In this document: piece after piece, positions 8,140-17,229 of the stretch
Layout: the number at the start of each line of letters is the position of its first letter
How positions within the stretch are numbered: the stretch's first letter is position 1
Position numbers and translations under genes: made by a program
Notes under the pieces: generated by a model
What the model saw: only the letters and a program-made list of their open reading frames with translations
Database searches by the model: none
What the model was told of the DNA's origin: nothing
NCBI GenBank assembly: GCA_027340875.1
Contig: DAIENX010000022.1
Span: 1 to 45,974, forward strand
Length of the DNA: 45,974 bases
Source of the DNA: Elusimicrobiota bacterium
GTDB lineage: Bacteria; Elusimicrobiota; Elusimicrobia; Elusimicrobiales; UBA9959
Reading direction: 5' to 3'

Positions 8140-8886
8140 TTATTTTTTGGAAGAATTGGAGATATCTTCCGGAAAGACGGTGCCTGACGCCCTGTCGCGC
8201 AAGCGCGGCTGCACATACACCCACCCTTTACGGACCTTGCTCTTTATGCGGCGTCCGACCTGAGGCCCCAGTTTCTTACGAAGACGCTGCATCAGCCCGC
8301 GAATGGAATCCTCCACTTCGGGCGCGAAGTCGGAGTTGAACAGATGCACGGAGATCATATCCTCGGAAACGAACCTGGGGCTTTCCTGCACAAGAAGATA
8401 CAGAACGTGGAACTGGCCGGGAGAAAGCGTGGCTATTCGCCTGGAGCCCCTAAAAACGCAGAAACCGTTCTTCTCCAGTTTAATATCCCCTTTATGGAGA
8501 ACCCCGCGCTCCCAGCGGACCCGGCGCATGACCATTTCCACCACAGCGACGGCCCTTTGCCAATTATTCCCTTTAAGCACGAACCCGTCGGCCTGACAGA
8601 CCGTATAAGCCTGCAACTCCCGCTGATCCTCCCCGCTGATCACCACGATCGGGGTACGGATAAGCTTTTCCGCACTCCGGACGGCGTTGCAGAAAGCCTC
8701 CGCATCCGCATCCAGCAGGTTATAATCCAGCAGAACGCAGTCCGGCTTTATGGAATTAAAAACCTTGAGTCCCTCAAAACAGGACCCGGCGGTATGTACT
8801 TTGAATTTATGGAAGGTGAAATACTGCGCGGCTGCCCGCAGCCAGACGGGGTCGTCGTACACGATCAGGAGAGCACAGTGATGCAT
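8140..8886 (-). CDS. OmpR/PhoB-family response regulator (no kinase in the window)
   Basis: Receiver domain (IVYDD...PDCVLLDYNL...PIVVISG...ADGFVLK) plus winged helix (LSPGQFHVLYLL...IRGLMQRLRKKLG...IKSKVRKGWVY). Confidence 0.85.
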   Translation of the reverse strand: MHHCALLIVYDDPVWLRAAAQYFTFHKFKVHTAGSCFEGLKVFNSIKPDCVLLDYNLLDADAEAFCNAVRSAEKLIRTPIVVISGEDQRELQAYTVCQADGFVLKGNNWQRAVAVVEMVMRRVRWERGVLHKGDIKLEKNGFCVFRGSRRIATLSPGQFHVLYLLVQESPRFVSEDMISVHLFNSDFAPEVEDSIRGLMQRLRKKLGPQVGRRIKSKVRKGWVYVQPRLRDRASGTVFPEDISNSSKK

Positions 8887-8928
8887 TGCTAAACTGAATG
8901 TCCAGGTAACAAAGGACTTGCCAAATAA

Positions 8929-10287
8929 TTAGTTCCCTACGCCCTTGACCTCGAAGCCTATCCGGCGCAGTTTCGCGTGGTCCAGCACGTTCCGGCCGTC
9001 GAACAGGAAGGCCGGCTTGCGCATGGCCTTGTAGAGCTTATCGTAGTCCAGGCCCTTGAACTGCTCCCATTCGGTCAGCAGGATGATGGCGTCGGCGTCC
9101 CTGGCCGCCTCGTAGGGGTCCGCCGTGGTCACCACCCTGGAGGCCAGCTCGCCCAAATCCTCGGCCACGTGGCCCAGGGCCTTGGGGTCGGTTATGGCTA
9201 TCTGCGCCTTCTCCGCGGCCAGCATCTTCGTTATCGCTATGGCCGGGCTCTCGCGGGTGTCGCTGGTGTTCGCCTTAAAAGCGAAGCCGAAGATGGCCAG
9301 CTTCTTGTTGGCCAGCGTGTTGAACATGGTCCTGAGGATGTTCGCCACCAGCCTCTCCTGCTGGTAGTCGTTTATCGCCACCACCTGCCGCCAGTACTCG
9401 GCCACTTCGGTGAGGCCGTAGCTGTCGCAGATGTAGACGAGGTTGAGGATGTCCTTCTTGAAGCAGGAGCCGCCGAAGCCGGGGCCGGTCTTCAGGAACT
9501 TGGGGCCTATGCGGCTGTCCATGCCTATGGCCTTCGCCACCTGGTCTATGTCGGCCTCGGTGGCCTCGCAGAGCGCGGACAGGGAGTTCACAGAGCTGAT
9601 GCGCTGGGCCAGCATAGCGTTGGCGGCCAGCTTGGAAAGCTCGGCGGACCACAGGTTGGTGGTCAGGATGCGCTCCTTAGGGACCCAGGCCGCGTACACC
9701 TCGGCGAGGGCCTTTATAGCCGCCTTGCCGCGCGGAGTCTGGTGGCCGCCTATCAGCACCCTGTCCGGGTTCTCGAGGTCGCTGATCGCGCTGCCCTCGG
9801 CGAGGAACTCGGGGTTGGACAGCACCTCGAAATGGTATTTCGGGTGGCGGCTCAGGATATGCTCCATCGCCTCGGCGGTGCGCACCGGCAGCGTGCTCTT
9901 TTCCACCACTATCTTATCGCGGTTGGCGACCTTCACGATATTGCGCGCGGTAGCCTCCCAGTACTGCAGGTCGGAGGCGCAGCCGGCGCCGCGGCCGAAG
10001 GTCTTCGTGGGAGTGTTCACTCCGACGAAGATGATATCGCAGTCGCGGATGGCCTTGTCGATGTCGGTGGAAAAGAACAGGTTCTTGCCGCGGCGGCGCT
10101 TGACCACCTCGTCCAGCCCCGGCTCGAAGATGGGCATCCTGTCCGAGTTCCAGGCGTCTATGCGCTTCTTGTTGATGTCCACTACCACGACCTTGCGGTC
10201 GTGGTTATGGTCGGCTATCGCGGCCATCGTCGGCCCGCCTATGTAGCCCGCGCCTATGCAGCAGATAGATCTGTTCATCTTCTTCAT
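8929..10287 (-). CDS. ugd: UDP-glucose 6-dehydrogenase (eukaryote-like subtype)
   Basis: ICCIGAGYIGGPTM, VNTPTK, EKSTLP, SNPEFLAEG, ELSKLAANA, catalytic GFGGSCFKKD, FAFKANTSDTRES. Confidence 0.95.
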   Translation of the reverse strand: MKKMNRSICCIGAGYIGGPTMAAIADHNHDRKVVVVDINKKRIDAWNSDRMPIFEPGLDEVVKRRRGKNLFFSTDIDKAIRDCDIIFVGVNTPTKTFGRGAGCASDLQYWEATARNIVKVANRDKIVVEKSTLPVRTAEAMEHILSRHPKYHFEVLSNPEFLAEGSAISDLENPDRVLIGGHQTPRGKAAIKALAEVYAAWVPKERILTTNLWSAELSKLAANAMLAQRISSVNSLSALCEATEADIDQVAKAIGMDSRIGPKFLKTGPGFGGSCFKKDILNLVYICDSYGLTEVAEYWRQVVAINDYQQERLVANILRTMFNTLANKKLAIFGFAFKANTSDTRESPAIAITKMLAAEKAQIAITDPKALGHVAEDLGELASRVVTTADPYEAARDADAIILLTEWEQFKGLDYDKLYKAMRKPAFLFDGRNVLDHAKLRRIGFEVKGVGN

Positions 10288-10319
10288 GAAGCCCCTCTCT
10301 GTCGGTCCAGACTTGCGAG

Positions 10320-11270
10320 TCACTTGAGCGTACGGCGGAAATAGTCCACCGTCTTCCCCAGGCCCTCTTCCAGTTTTATCTTCGGCGTCCAGCCCAGTTT
10401 TTCTTTCGCCAGCGTTATGTCCGGCTGGCGCTGTTTCGGATCGTCCTGAGGAAGAGGCTTGTAGATCAGTTTGCTCTTGCTCTCCGGGATCAGCTGCAGC
10501 ACCTTCTCGGCCAGCTGCTTTATCGTGAATTCGTCGGGATTGCCGATGTTCACCGGGCCGGAAAAATCCGCCGGGCTCTCCATCATCGCCGTTATCCCGT
10601 TCACGAGGTCGTCGACGTACTGGAAGCTGCGGGTCTGGGAGCCGTCGCCGTAGATGGTGATGTTCTTGTTCTGCAGCGCCTGCACTATGAAGTTGCTGAC
10701 GACTCGCCCGTCGTTGGGATGCATATTGGGCCCGTAGGTATTGAAGATCCTCACCACCTTGATGTCCAGCTTATGCTGGCGGTGGTAGTCGAAGAAAAGG
10801 GTCTCGGCGCAGCGCTTGCCCTCGTCGTAGCAGGCCCGCGGGCCTATAGTGTTCACGCGGCCCCAGTAACTCTCCGGCTGCGGGTGCACCTCGGGGTCGC
10901 CGTACACCTCGCTGGTCGAGGCCTGCAGGATGCGCGCCTTCGTGCGGCGCGCGAGGCCCAGCATGTTTATCGTGCCGTTCACCGAGGTCTTGGTGGTGTG
11001 CACCGGGTTGAACTGGTAATGCACCGGAGAAGCGGGGCAGGCGAGGTTGTAGATCCTGTCCACCTCGAGCACGAGCGGAGAGCAGATGTCGTGGCGGATG
11101 AACTCGAAGCGCTTGTCGCCGAAGAGGTCGAGGACGTTCTCCTTGCTGCCGGTGAACAGGCTGTCCACGCACAGCACGTCGTGGCCTTCGGAAAGCAGGC
11201 GCCGGCAGAGATGGGAGCCTATGAACCCCGCGCCGCCGGTGACCAGTATCTTGAGTTTATGAGACATCAT
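10320..11270 (-). CDS. uxs: UDP-glucuronate decarboxylase (UDP-xylose synthase)
   Basis: [66 protein letters not shown]. Start taken at MMSHKLK. Confidence 0.93.
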   Translation of the reverse strand: MMSHKLKILVTGGAGFIGSHLCRRLLSEGHDVLCVDSLFTGSKENVLDLFGDKRFEFIRHDICSPLVLEVDRIYNLACPASPVHYQFNPVHTTKTSVNGTINMLGLARRTKARILQASTSEVYGDPEVHPQPESYWGRVNTIGPRACYDEGKRCAETLFFDYHRQHKLDIKVVRIFNTYGPNMHPNDGRVVSNFIVQALQNKNITIYGDGSQTRSFQYVDDLVNGITAMMESPADFSGPVNIGNPDEFTIKQLAEKVLQLIPESKSKLIYKPLPQDDPKQRQPDITLAKEKLGWTPKIKLEEGLGKTVDYFRRTLK

Positions 11271-11299
11271 CTGATCCGTATCCCCGCGCCGAAAGCGAT

Positions 11300-11308
11300 A
11301 TTTTAACA
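11300..11308 (-). promoter_or_regulatory. Putative extended -10 promoter of uxs-ugd (TGtTAAAAT)
   Basis: TGTTAAAAT on the minus strand about 30 nt upstream of the uxs ATG. Confidence 0.45.
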
Positions 11309-11320
11309 GTATAAGGCCGG

Positions 11321-12181
11321 TCAATCAACCGTGGCGCGGCCGGCGGGGCCGGCCTGAGCCGACTCTTCGGCGGCCTTGCGGCCCTTGCCGCCGGGAGTCC
11401 AGCCTATGACCAGGCGCAGGCCGAGATAATCTATCGCCCGCTCTCTCCCGTTGCTGAAGGAGCGTTCCCAATCACAGCGTAACCGGTACCCGCGCGGCAG
11501 ATAGTCCAGTCCGGCCGAGAGCCCGAATACAGCGAAAGGGCGCACCCAGCCTTCCCGGCGGTTGCTCCAGTAAACCCCGCCCTTATAGGATTCCCTGTAG
11601 CCTGTAGACAGTCCGGCACGGCCCGACGGGGTAAGGAGGAAATTACCGAGCTTAAGGTGCGCGGCAGCGCCAGCCCGCACCCCGGCCAGGAAATTGTAGA
11701 ACCGCCCCTCCTCCTTGTTGTTATGGTCGATGGAAAAATTGCCGTAAGAGACGGGGAAGGATACATGCAGAGACCAGCTCGGCACGCCCGGCACTCCGAA
11801 CAGGTAATGTCTGGCCGGTGCAGCGTGGATAGTATTGCCTACCACATGTCGCTTCACCCCGGCCAGCCGTATCTCACCGCGCCCGGGGGATCCCACAAGC
11901 GAAGTCCCCAGCGTACCCCCGTCATAAGTACCAGTAGACGTTCTTTTGGCTAAGGAAAGGCTGATATCCAGGCCGTTCACCTCGGTCCTGTCCCCGTCGC
12001 CGGCCAGCCAGGCCCCGCTGATATCCCATGTGGTGTCCTTCGCATAATCCACGGCCGGGGCAGGCTCGGTCAGCAGGTTGTACTGCTAGGCGCACAGCGG
12101 CGCAACGGAGAACAGAAGAAGTGCCGGCAGGATACGCAGAAGCATAAGAGCGGTAAAAAATGCGCGTTGAAGGGTTCGCAT
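11321..12181 (-). pseudogene. Putative outer-membrane beta-strand protein interrupted by an in-frame TAG right after its signal peptide
   Basis: The frame from ATG 12181 (or ATG 12145) reads MRTLQRAFFTALMLLRILPALLLFSVAPLCA*QYNLLTEPAPAVDYAK... TAG is at 12088-12086 and the same frame continues to 11321 with alternating hydrophobic/aromatic strands. Confidence 0.65.
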
Positions 12182-12191
12182 GCATGTTAAC

Positions 12192-12200
12192 TGCTATAAT
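12192..12200 (+). promoter_or_regulatory. Consensus extended -10 promoter (TGcTATAAT) for the ligase gene; probably a leaderless transcript
   Basis: Perfect TGnTATAAT 9 nt before the in-frame GTG at 12210, with no SD sequence in between. Confidence 0.6.
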
Positions 12201-12209
12201 TCTAGCATT

Positions 12210-13415
12210 GTGACAGCACGGAAAATCAGCGCGGACACTCTCCTTTCGGCCTTTCTCTGCCTGTTCGCGGCGGCGGCCCTGTTCTCCGTTACGGCGGTGG
12301 AAACTGCGCTATTCCTGAACCTCATGACCCTGCTGGTCATCCGCTACAGGGAAGGCTCTATAAAAGAGGCCCTCTCTTTTCTCGGGTGCCACCCGCTCTT
12401 CATCCCGTGGGCGCTCTACCTGGGGGTCTGCCTGCTTACGGCCATTACCGCCTATTACCCCGGCAAGGCCTTCGGGCAGCTCAACTCCGATTTCCTGAAA
12501 TACGTCTGCCTCTCTACGCTGCTGCTGGCGGTCAGGAAGGACCATCTCCCCCGCCTGTCGGCCTTCTACGCCGCGGCCGCCGGGGTCTCCGCCGTCTTCG
12601 GCATGTACGAGGCGCTGGGCTCGCTGGCCGCCGGGAACGGGCTCGCCCGCGCGGGAGTGCTGATGAACGCGGTGCGCTACGGCGAGGCAATGTCCATAGC
12701 GCTGCTGCTGCAGCTCAGTCTGCTGTTACAGGGCGGAGAGGCCCCGGCCGGGCGCCGCTTTCCCCTCCGCCTTTCCGCCGTCCTCACCTTCGCGGCGGTG
12801 CTGCTGACACAGACCCGGGGCGCCTACCTGGGGTTGTTCGTCGGCATGCTCTGCATCTTCACTTTCTCTCCGGCCTCCAGGAAGAGGCTGGCTCTTGCCG
12901 GCGGGGTTATGCTGCTGGCTGTCGTGCTGCTGGCCGCCTTCAGTCCAGGCGTCCGGAACAGGGTAGATGCTTCAGTGGCCTTCAAGCGCGGCGACTTCGC
13001 CGCGAATTCAGCCAGCACCGGCATCAATATCCGTTTGGAGCTATGGAAGGTCGGCTACAAGATGTTCAAGGCCCACCCCGTGGTCGGGGTCGGACCTGAC
13101 AATATCAAGAGGCTGTTCAAGAAGTTCCACCCAGAGCCCTTCCCGGAGGACGGCGTCTACGGCACGCTTAACAACATCTACGTCCACCAGGCGGCGGAAC
13201 GCGGCACGCTGGGACTGGCGGCGTTGCTGTTCCTGTTCTGGGCCATGCTGAACTTCGCGCTCCGGCGGTTCCGCGCGACGTCCAGTCCCTACGCCCTCTG
13301 GGCGCTGTGCGCGCTGCCAGCCTTCTACGTGATGAACCTTACGGAGATCTCCTTCCAGCACGTGCACACGTCGTTCGCTATCTTCCTCGCGCTGGCCTTC
13401 GCGGCGGCGGCGTAA
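12210..13415 (+). CDS. O-antigen ligase / O-oligosaccharyltransferase-like (WaaL, Wzy_C domain) membrane protein
   Basis: About 11-12 hydrophobic segments, LLTQTRGAYLG, and periplasmic loop IRLELWKVGYKMFKAHPVVGVGPDN...LNNIYVHQAAERGTLG. Start may be GTG 12210 or ATG 12180. Confidence 0.85.
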   Translation: MTARKISADTLLSAFLCLFAAAALFSVTAVETALFLNLMTLLVIRYREGSIKEALSFLGCHPLFIPWALYLGVCLLTAITAYYPGKAFGQLNSDFLKYVCLSTLLLAVRKDHLPRLSAFYAAAAGVSAVFGMYEALGSLAAGNGLARAGVLMNAVRYGEAMSIALLLQLSLLLQGGEAPAGRRFPLRLSAVLTFAAVLLTQTRGAYLGLFVGMLCIFTFSPASRKRLALAGGVMLLAVVLLAAFSPGVRNRVDASVAFKRGDFAANSASTGINIRLELWKVGYKMFKAHPVVGVGPDNIKRLFKKFHPEPFPEDGVYGTLNNIYVHQAAERGTLGLAALLFLFWAMLNFALRRFRATSSPYALWALCALPAFYVMNLTEISFQHVHTSFAIFLALAFAAAA

Positions 13416-13436
13416 AAGAGCGGGACCTGACACCCG

Positions 13437-14840
13437 TCAGGAAGTAATGGCCGTCTTGCCGGCCATAGCGGCGTCCTTCTGGAAAACCCTGCGGAAAGTC
13501 CTTAAGATTATGCCCAGGTCCAGTGCCAGCGACATGTTCTTGACGTAGTACAGGTCGTAATGGAGCTTCTCCAGCGACTCGGCCTGGCTCGAAGTGGCGT
13601 GGTAATTTATCTGCGCCCAGCCGGTGACGCCGGGCTTTATCAGGTGGCGCAGGTGGTAATGCGGCACGGTGCGCTCCAGTATGCGGACCTCGCTGGTCCA
13701 CTCAGGCCTCGGCCCGACCAGCGACATGTCCCCCTTCAGCACGTTCCAGAGCTGAGGGATCTCGTCGAGCCTGCTCGAACGCAGGAACTTGCCCAAAGGC
13801 GTGATCCTCTCGTCGTCCTTGCCGGCCTTGTACAGCGGCCCGGCCTTGCTGGCGCCCACCACCATCGTGCGGAACTTCCAGATTATGAATCTTCGCCCGA
13901 GGTGGCCGACGCGCTTCTGCACGAAGAACACGGGCGCGCCGATCCCTCCCTCCAGCTTTATGGCCGCCCAGACCGCCAGCGTCAGCGGCAGGGTCAGCAG
14001 CAGACCCGCCGCCGCGAAGGCCACGTCCAGGACCCGCTTCAGGACCGAATAGAACCGGTTCTCCTGATGCAGCACGTTGCTCAGCAGCCAGCTGGGCTTG
14101 GCGGCGTGTTCGGGAGGTATCTTGCCGTAGAGGTCCTCGTAAAAATCCAGGTGCGTGATGATAGGGACCTGCTCCATCACGGCGGTGGAGAGCAGCACTC
14201 CGCCAACCATGGGCCTGTTCTCGGCGTCCTCCGCGTCCACCACCAGCACGTCTATCCTGGGGGCCATGTGCACGCAGCCCCGGCCGTTGGGACGCCAGTA
14301 GCCTTCGGCGGTCTCGGCCGCGCCCAGGTCGGGCAGCGGCACGACGGTGAAGCCAAGGTAAGGATTCAGCGGCAGGTCCCGTTTTATCTCCTCGATAAGG
14401 GTGTTAGTGCCGAGAAAGGCGACCTTCTGCAGCAGGAGCTTGCCCAGCACCACGCGCGTCCAAACGCGCCGCCAGAGCGTGGCGAAGAGGTGCAGGAAGA
14501 AGAGGGTAAGGAACAGGTGCGTCTTCGGGGTAAGTCCCAGCTGCAGGTAGAACGCGTAGAACATCGCGCTGACCGCGGCCAGGTTCACCACGAAAGAAAG
14601 GAGACAGATGTTTATCAGGTTTACCAGCCTGTTGATGCGGCGCAGATCGTAGAAACCGACCACGTAGAAGACCGCCGTCCAGACCGGCACGAATATGGAG
14701 AATACGCGCACGTGCTCCAGGAAGAAATCCCATGGCACCGCGCTGAAACGGCGGGCCACCAGCGCCAGCCCCAGCGCCGCGTAGAACAGCGCGAGGTCGC
14801 CCAGGAAAAGCAGCAGCCGGCGCCACCTGAAGATCAGCAT
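13437..14840 (-). CDS. Initiating polyprenyl-phosphate phosphoglycosyltransferase (WcaJ/WbaP-type, Bac_transf)
   Basis: N-terminal TM helices; KRVLDV, FFVQKRVG, KFRTM, DERITPLGKFLRSSRLDEIPQLWNVLKGDMSLVGPRPE, PGVTGWAQI, DLYYVKN. Confidence 0.93.
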   Translation of the reverse strand: MLIFRWRRLLLFLGDLALFYAALGLALVARRFSAVPWDFFLEHVRVFSIFVPVWTAVFYVVGFYDLRRINRLVNLINICLLSFVVNLAAVSAMFYAFYLQLGLTPKTHLFLTLFFLHLFATLWRRVWTRVVLGKLLLQKVAFLGTNTLIEEIKRDLPLNPYLGFTVVPLPDLGAAETAEGYWRPNGRGCVHMAPRIDVLVVDAEDAENRPMVGGVLLSTAVMEQVPIITHLDFYEDLYGKIPPEHAAKPSWLLSNVLHQENRFYSVLKRVLDVAFAAAGLLLTLPLTLAVWAAIKLEGGIGAPVFFVQKRVGHLGRRFIIWKFRTMVVGASKAGPLYKAGKDDERITPLGKFLRSSRLDEIPQLWNVLKGDMSLVGPRPEWTSEVRILERTVPHYHLRHLIKPGVTGWAQINYHATSSQAESLEKLHYDLYYVKNMSLALDLGIILRTFRRVFQKDAAMAGKTAITS

Positions 14841-14861
14841 TTCTTCCCCGCCATCATCAGA

Positions 14862-16061
14862 TTATAGTCTATTTGCCGCGGCGACATGTGCCCGTATTCC
14901 GGCTATGACCCTCGCCCGGTCGTATTCTCCGGCGAGCAGCCTGCCGGCGCTGCCGGAGAAACTCCCCAGCTCTTCCGCGCTCAGGGAGCGGAACTTGAGG
15001 AAGCCGTCACGTATGGCTTCCGGGCTGTCGGGGTCGGCGCCGAGGCCGAGGCCGTGCTTCTCCACCAGGCCCTTCACTTCCCCGTTCATCACGGCGAACA
15101 CCGGCTTCCGAAAGGCCAGATAGGCCTGGAATTTGGCCGGCACCACCAGGTTAAGGCCGGGAGTATTGGCAAGGGAGACTATCATAACGTCGCTGGCCCT
15201 GAAAAAGGCCGGCATCTCCGAGTTCTTGTGTCTGCCCCAGAACTTCACGCCGGGGATCCCTTCCGTCGCCACGATCCCCTTGAGCGTCTCCAGGTGCGAG
15301 CCGTCGCCGACGATGCTCAGCCTCAGGTCCGGCCGCTCCTTCGCCGCCATCGCGAAACCGCGCAGGACGTTCTCCAGGTTCTGGAACTTGCCAACGTTCC
15401 CCGCGAAGGTGAAGTTGAAGCCCTCCGGCAGTTCCGCCTTCCCAGCGCCCCCGTCGTCCGCCACCGTGGGCCAGTTGGGAAAATGCGCTATCTTCCTTCC
15501 GGGGACGTATCCCAGGATGCGCCCGGCGAAGCCCTCGCAGGAGACCAGTATCTCCGAACAGCCGGAATAGACGAAGCGTATGACGGCGCCCAGGAACCAC
15601 TCCAGCAGGCGGGTCTTCCTGAAGCCGTAAGAATAGACCATGTCCGGCCAGATGTCCTGCGTCCAGATCGTCACCGGAATACCATACAGCCTGCCCGCTA
15701 TCACAGCAGGTATGGCCAGCGTCAGCGGGCCGGTCTGGTAGACGAAGATGCGGTCATGCCCGCGCGCCTTGAAAAGCGCGGCTGCGGTGCCGGCCAGGAC
15801 GAAACTGAGATAATTGAGCAGCTTAAGGACGAGGGAATCGCGATAGCCGGTGACGGTGAAGAAGCGGAAGATCCTCATCCCCTTCCATTTCTCCGACGAG
15901 AATGGCCTGTTGGAGTACCCGTCAAAGAGCCGCCCGAAAGGATAACTCGGAGCCTGGGTCAGCACGTCCACCGTCATCCCCCCGGCGGCCCACTCGGCCG
16001 CCAGGTCGTTCACGATGAACTCCTCCGGGTAGAACCTCTCGGTTACTATGAGCGTCTTCAT
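14862..16061 (-). CDS. GT4 glycosyltransferase, WbuB/Cap5L-like (L-FucNAc/L-QuiNAc transferase type)
   Basis: TERFYPEEF, PSYP.G, LLNYLSF, WTQDIWP, FAGNVGKFQNL, VGDGS, PAKFQAY; adjacent to the fnl/qnl genes. Confidence 0.85.
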   Translation of the reverse strand: MKTLIVTERFYPEEFIVNDLAAEWAAGGMTVDVLTQAPSYPFGRLFDGYSNRPFSSEKWKGMRIFRFFTVTGYRDSLVLKLLNYLSFVLAGTAAALFKARGHDRIFVYQTGPLTLAIPAVIAGRLYGIPVTIWTQDIWPDMVYSYGFRKTRLLEWFLGAVIRFVYSGCSEILVSCEGFAGRILGYVPGRKIAHFPNWPTVADDGGAGKAELPEGFNFTFAGNVGKFQNLENVLRGFAMAAKERPDLRLSIVGDGSHLETLKGIVATEGIPGVKFWGRHKNSEMPAFFRASDVMIVSLANTPGLNLVVPAKFQAYLAFRKPVFAVMNGEVKGLVEKHGLGLGADPDSPEAIRDGFLKFRSLSAEELGSFSGSAGRLLAGEYDRARVIAGIRAHVAAANRL

Positions 16062-16082
16062 GTCCGCCCGGGGCCCGCCCGC

Positions 16083-17216
16083 TCAGAGGGATTTCCGCCA
16101 GACAATGCGGTTGATGTAGTCGGTGTAGCTCTCAATGATGCGCAGCACTTTCTTCGAGACGTTGTCGACGTCGTAGTCCCCCACGAGGCGGAACCGCCTG
16201 TCGGCCTTGCTATGCTGGGCGGTCACTATCTCCACCGACTCCAGCACACGCTCGGTCTTCAGGCCGCACATGATCAGCGTGCCTTCGTCCATCCCCTCCG
16301 GGCGCTCGTGCGCCTGGCGTATCGTGACGGCGGGGACGTTGAGTATGGTGGACTCCTCGGTTATCGTGCCGCTGTCGGAGACCACGCAGAAGGCATTGAG
16401 CTGCAGCTTCACGTAGTCGTAGAAGCCGAGCGGCTTCAGAAAAGCTATGCGCTTGTCCAGGCCCTTCACGCCCAGTTCCTCCAGCTTCTTGCGGGTGCGC
16501 GGGTGCGTGGATACTATGACGGGCATGCCGTACTTCTTCGCCAGCGCATTGAGCGAGTCCAGCAGGCTGCGGAAGTTCTCCAGGCTGTCCACGTTCTCCT
16601 CGCGGTGCGTGCTGACCACGAAATAGGCGCCGTCCTTCAGCTTCAGGCGCTTGAGCACGTCGGACTTAAGGATCTTCGGCATGTAGAACGCCAGAACCTC
16701 CTTCATCGGGGAGCCGGTCTTGATCACCGTCTCCGGGCGCAGGCCTTCGGCCAGCAGGTAGCGGCGGGCGTGCTCGGTCAGCGTCATGTTGATGTCGCTT
16801 AGGTGGTCCACCACCTTGCGGTTGAGTTCCTCGGGGACGCGCTGGTCGAAGGAGCGGTTGCCGGCCTCCATGTGGAACACCGGTATCTTGCGACGTTTGG
16901 CGGGCATCACGGAGAGGCAGCTGTTGGTGTCGCCGTAGAGCAGTATGGCGTCAGGTTCCTCCTTCTCCATCACAGCATCGGCCTTGGCGATGATGTTCCC
17001 GATGGTCTCGGCGAGCGTCTTACCGGCGGAATCCAGGAAATAGTCCGGCTTGCGGATGCCCAGCTCCTTGAAGAAGATCTCGTTGAGCTCGTAGTCGTAG
17101 TTCTGGCCTGTGTGCACTATAACGTGCTTCAGGTGCTTCTCGGCCTCGTGCATCACCCGGCTCAGCTTGATTATCTCGGGGCGGGTCCCGACGATGGTCA
17201 TCAGTTTAAGGGGCAT
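16083..17216 (-). CDS. Non-hydrolysing UDP-HexNAc 2-epimerase (FnlC/QnlB/WbjD type)
   Basis: IVGTRPEIIKL, HTGQNYDYEL, YGDTNS, HMEAGNRSFDQRVPEELNR, HREENVD, SDSGTITEE, ERPEG. Confidence 0.93.
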   Translation of the reverse strand: MPLKLMTIVGTRPEIIKLSRVMHEAEKHLKHVIVHTGQNYDYELNEIFFKELGIRKPDYFLDSAGKTLAETIGNIIAKADAVMEKEEPDAILLYGDTNSCLSVMPAKRRKIPVFHMEAGNRSFDQRVPEELNRKVVDHLSDINMTLTEHARRYLLAEGLRPETVIKTGSPMKEVLAFYMPKILKSDVLKRLKLKDGAYFVVSTHREENVDSLENFRSLLDSLNALAKKYGMPVIVSTHPRTRKKLEELGVKGLDKRIAFLKPLGFYDYVKLQLNAFCVVSDSGTITEESTILNVPAVTIRQAHERPEGMDEGTLIMCGLKTERVLESVEIVTAQHSKADRRFRLVGDYDVDNVSKKVLRIIESYTDYINRIVWRKSL

Positions 17217-17229
17217 AGGTTCTCCAGGT

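Noticed and set aside
12086..12088. Genome-wide TAG reassignment or pyrrolysine as the explanation for the in-frame amber codon
   Set aside because: TAG terminates several conserved genes at their expected ends (fnlA, rfbG, PorV-like), and no pyl genes are in the window.
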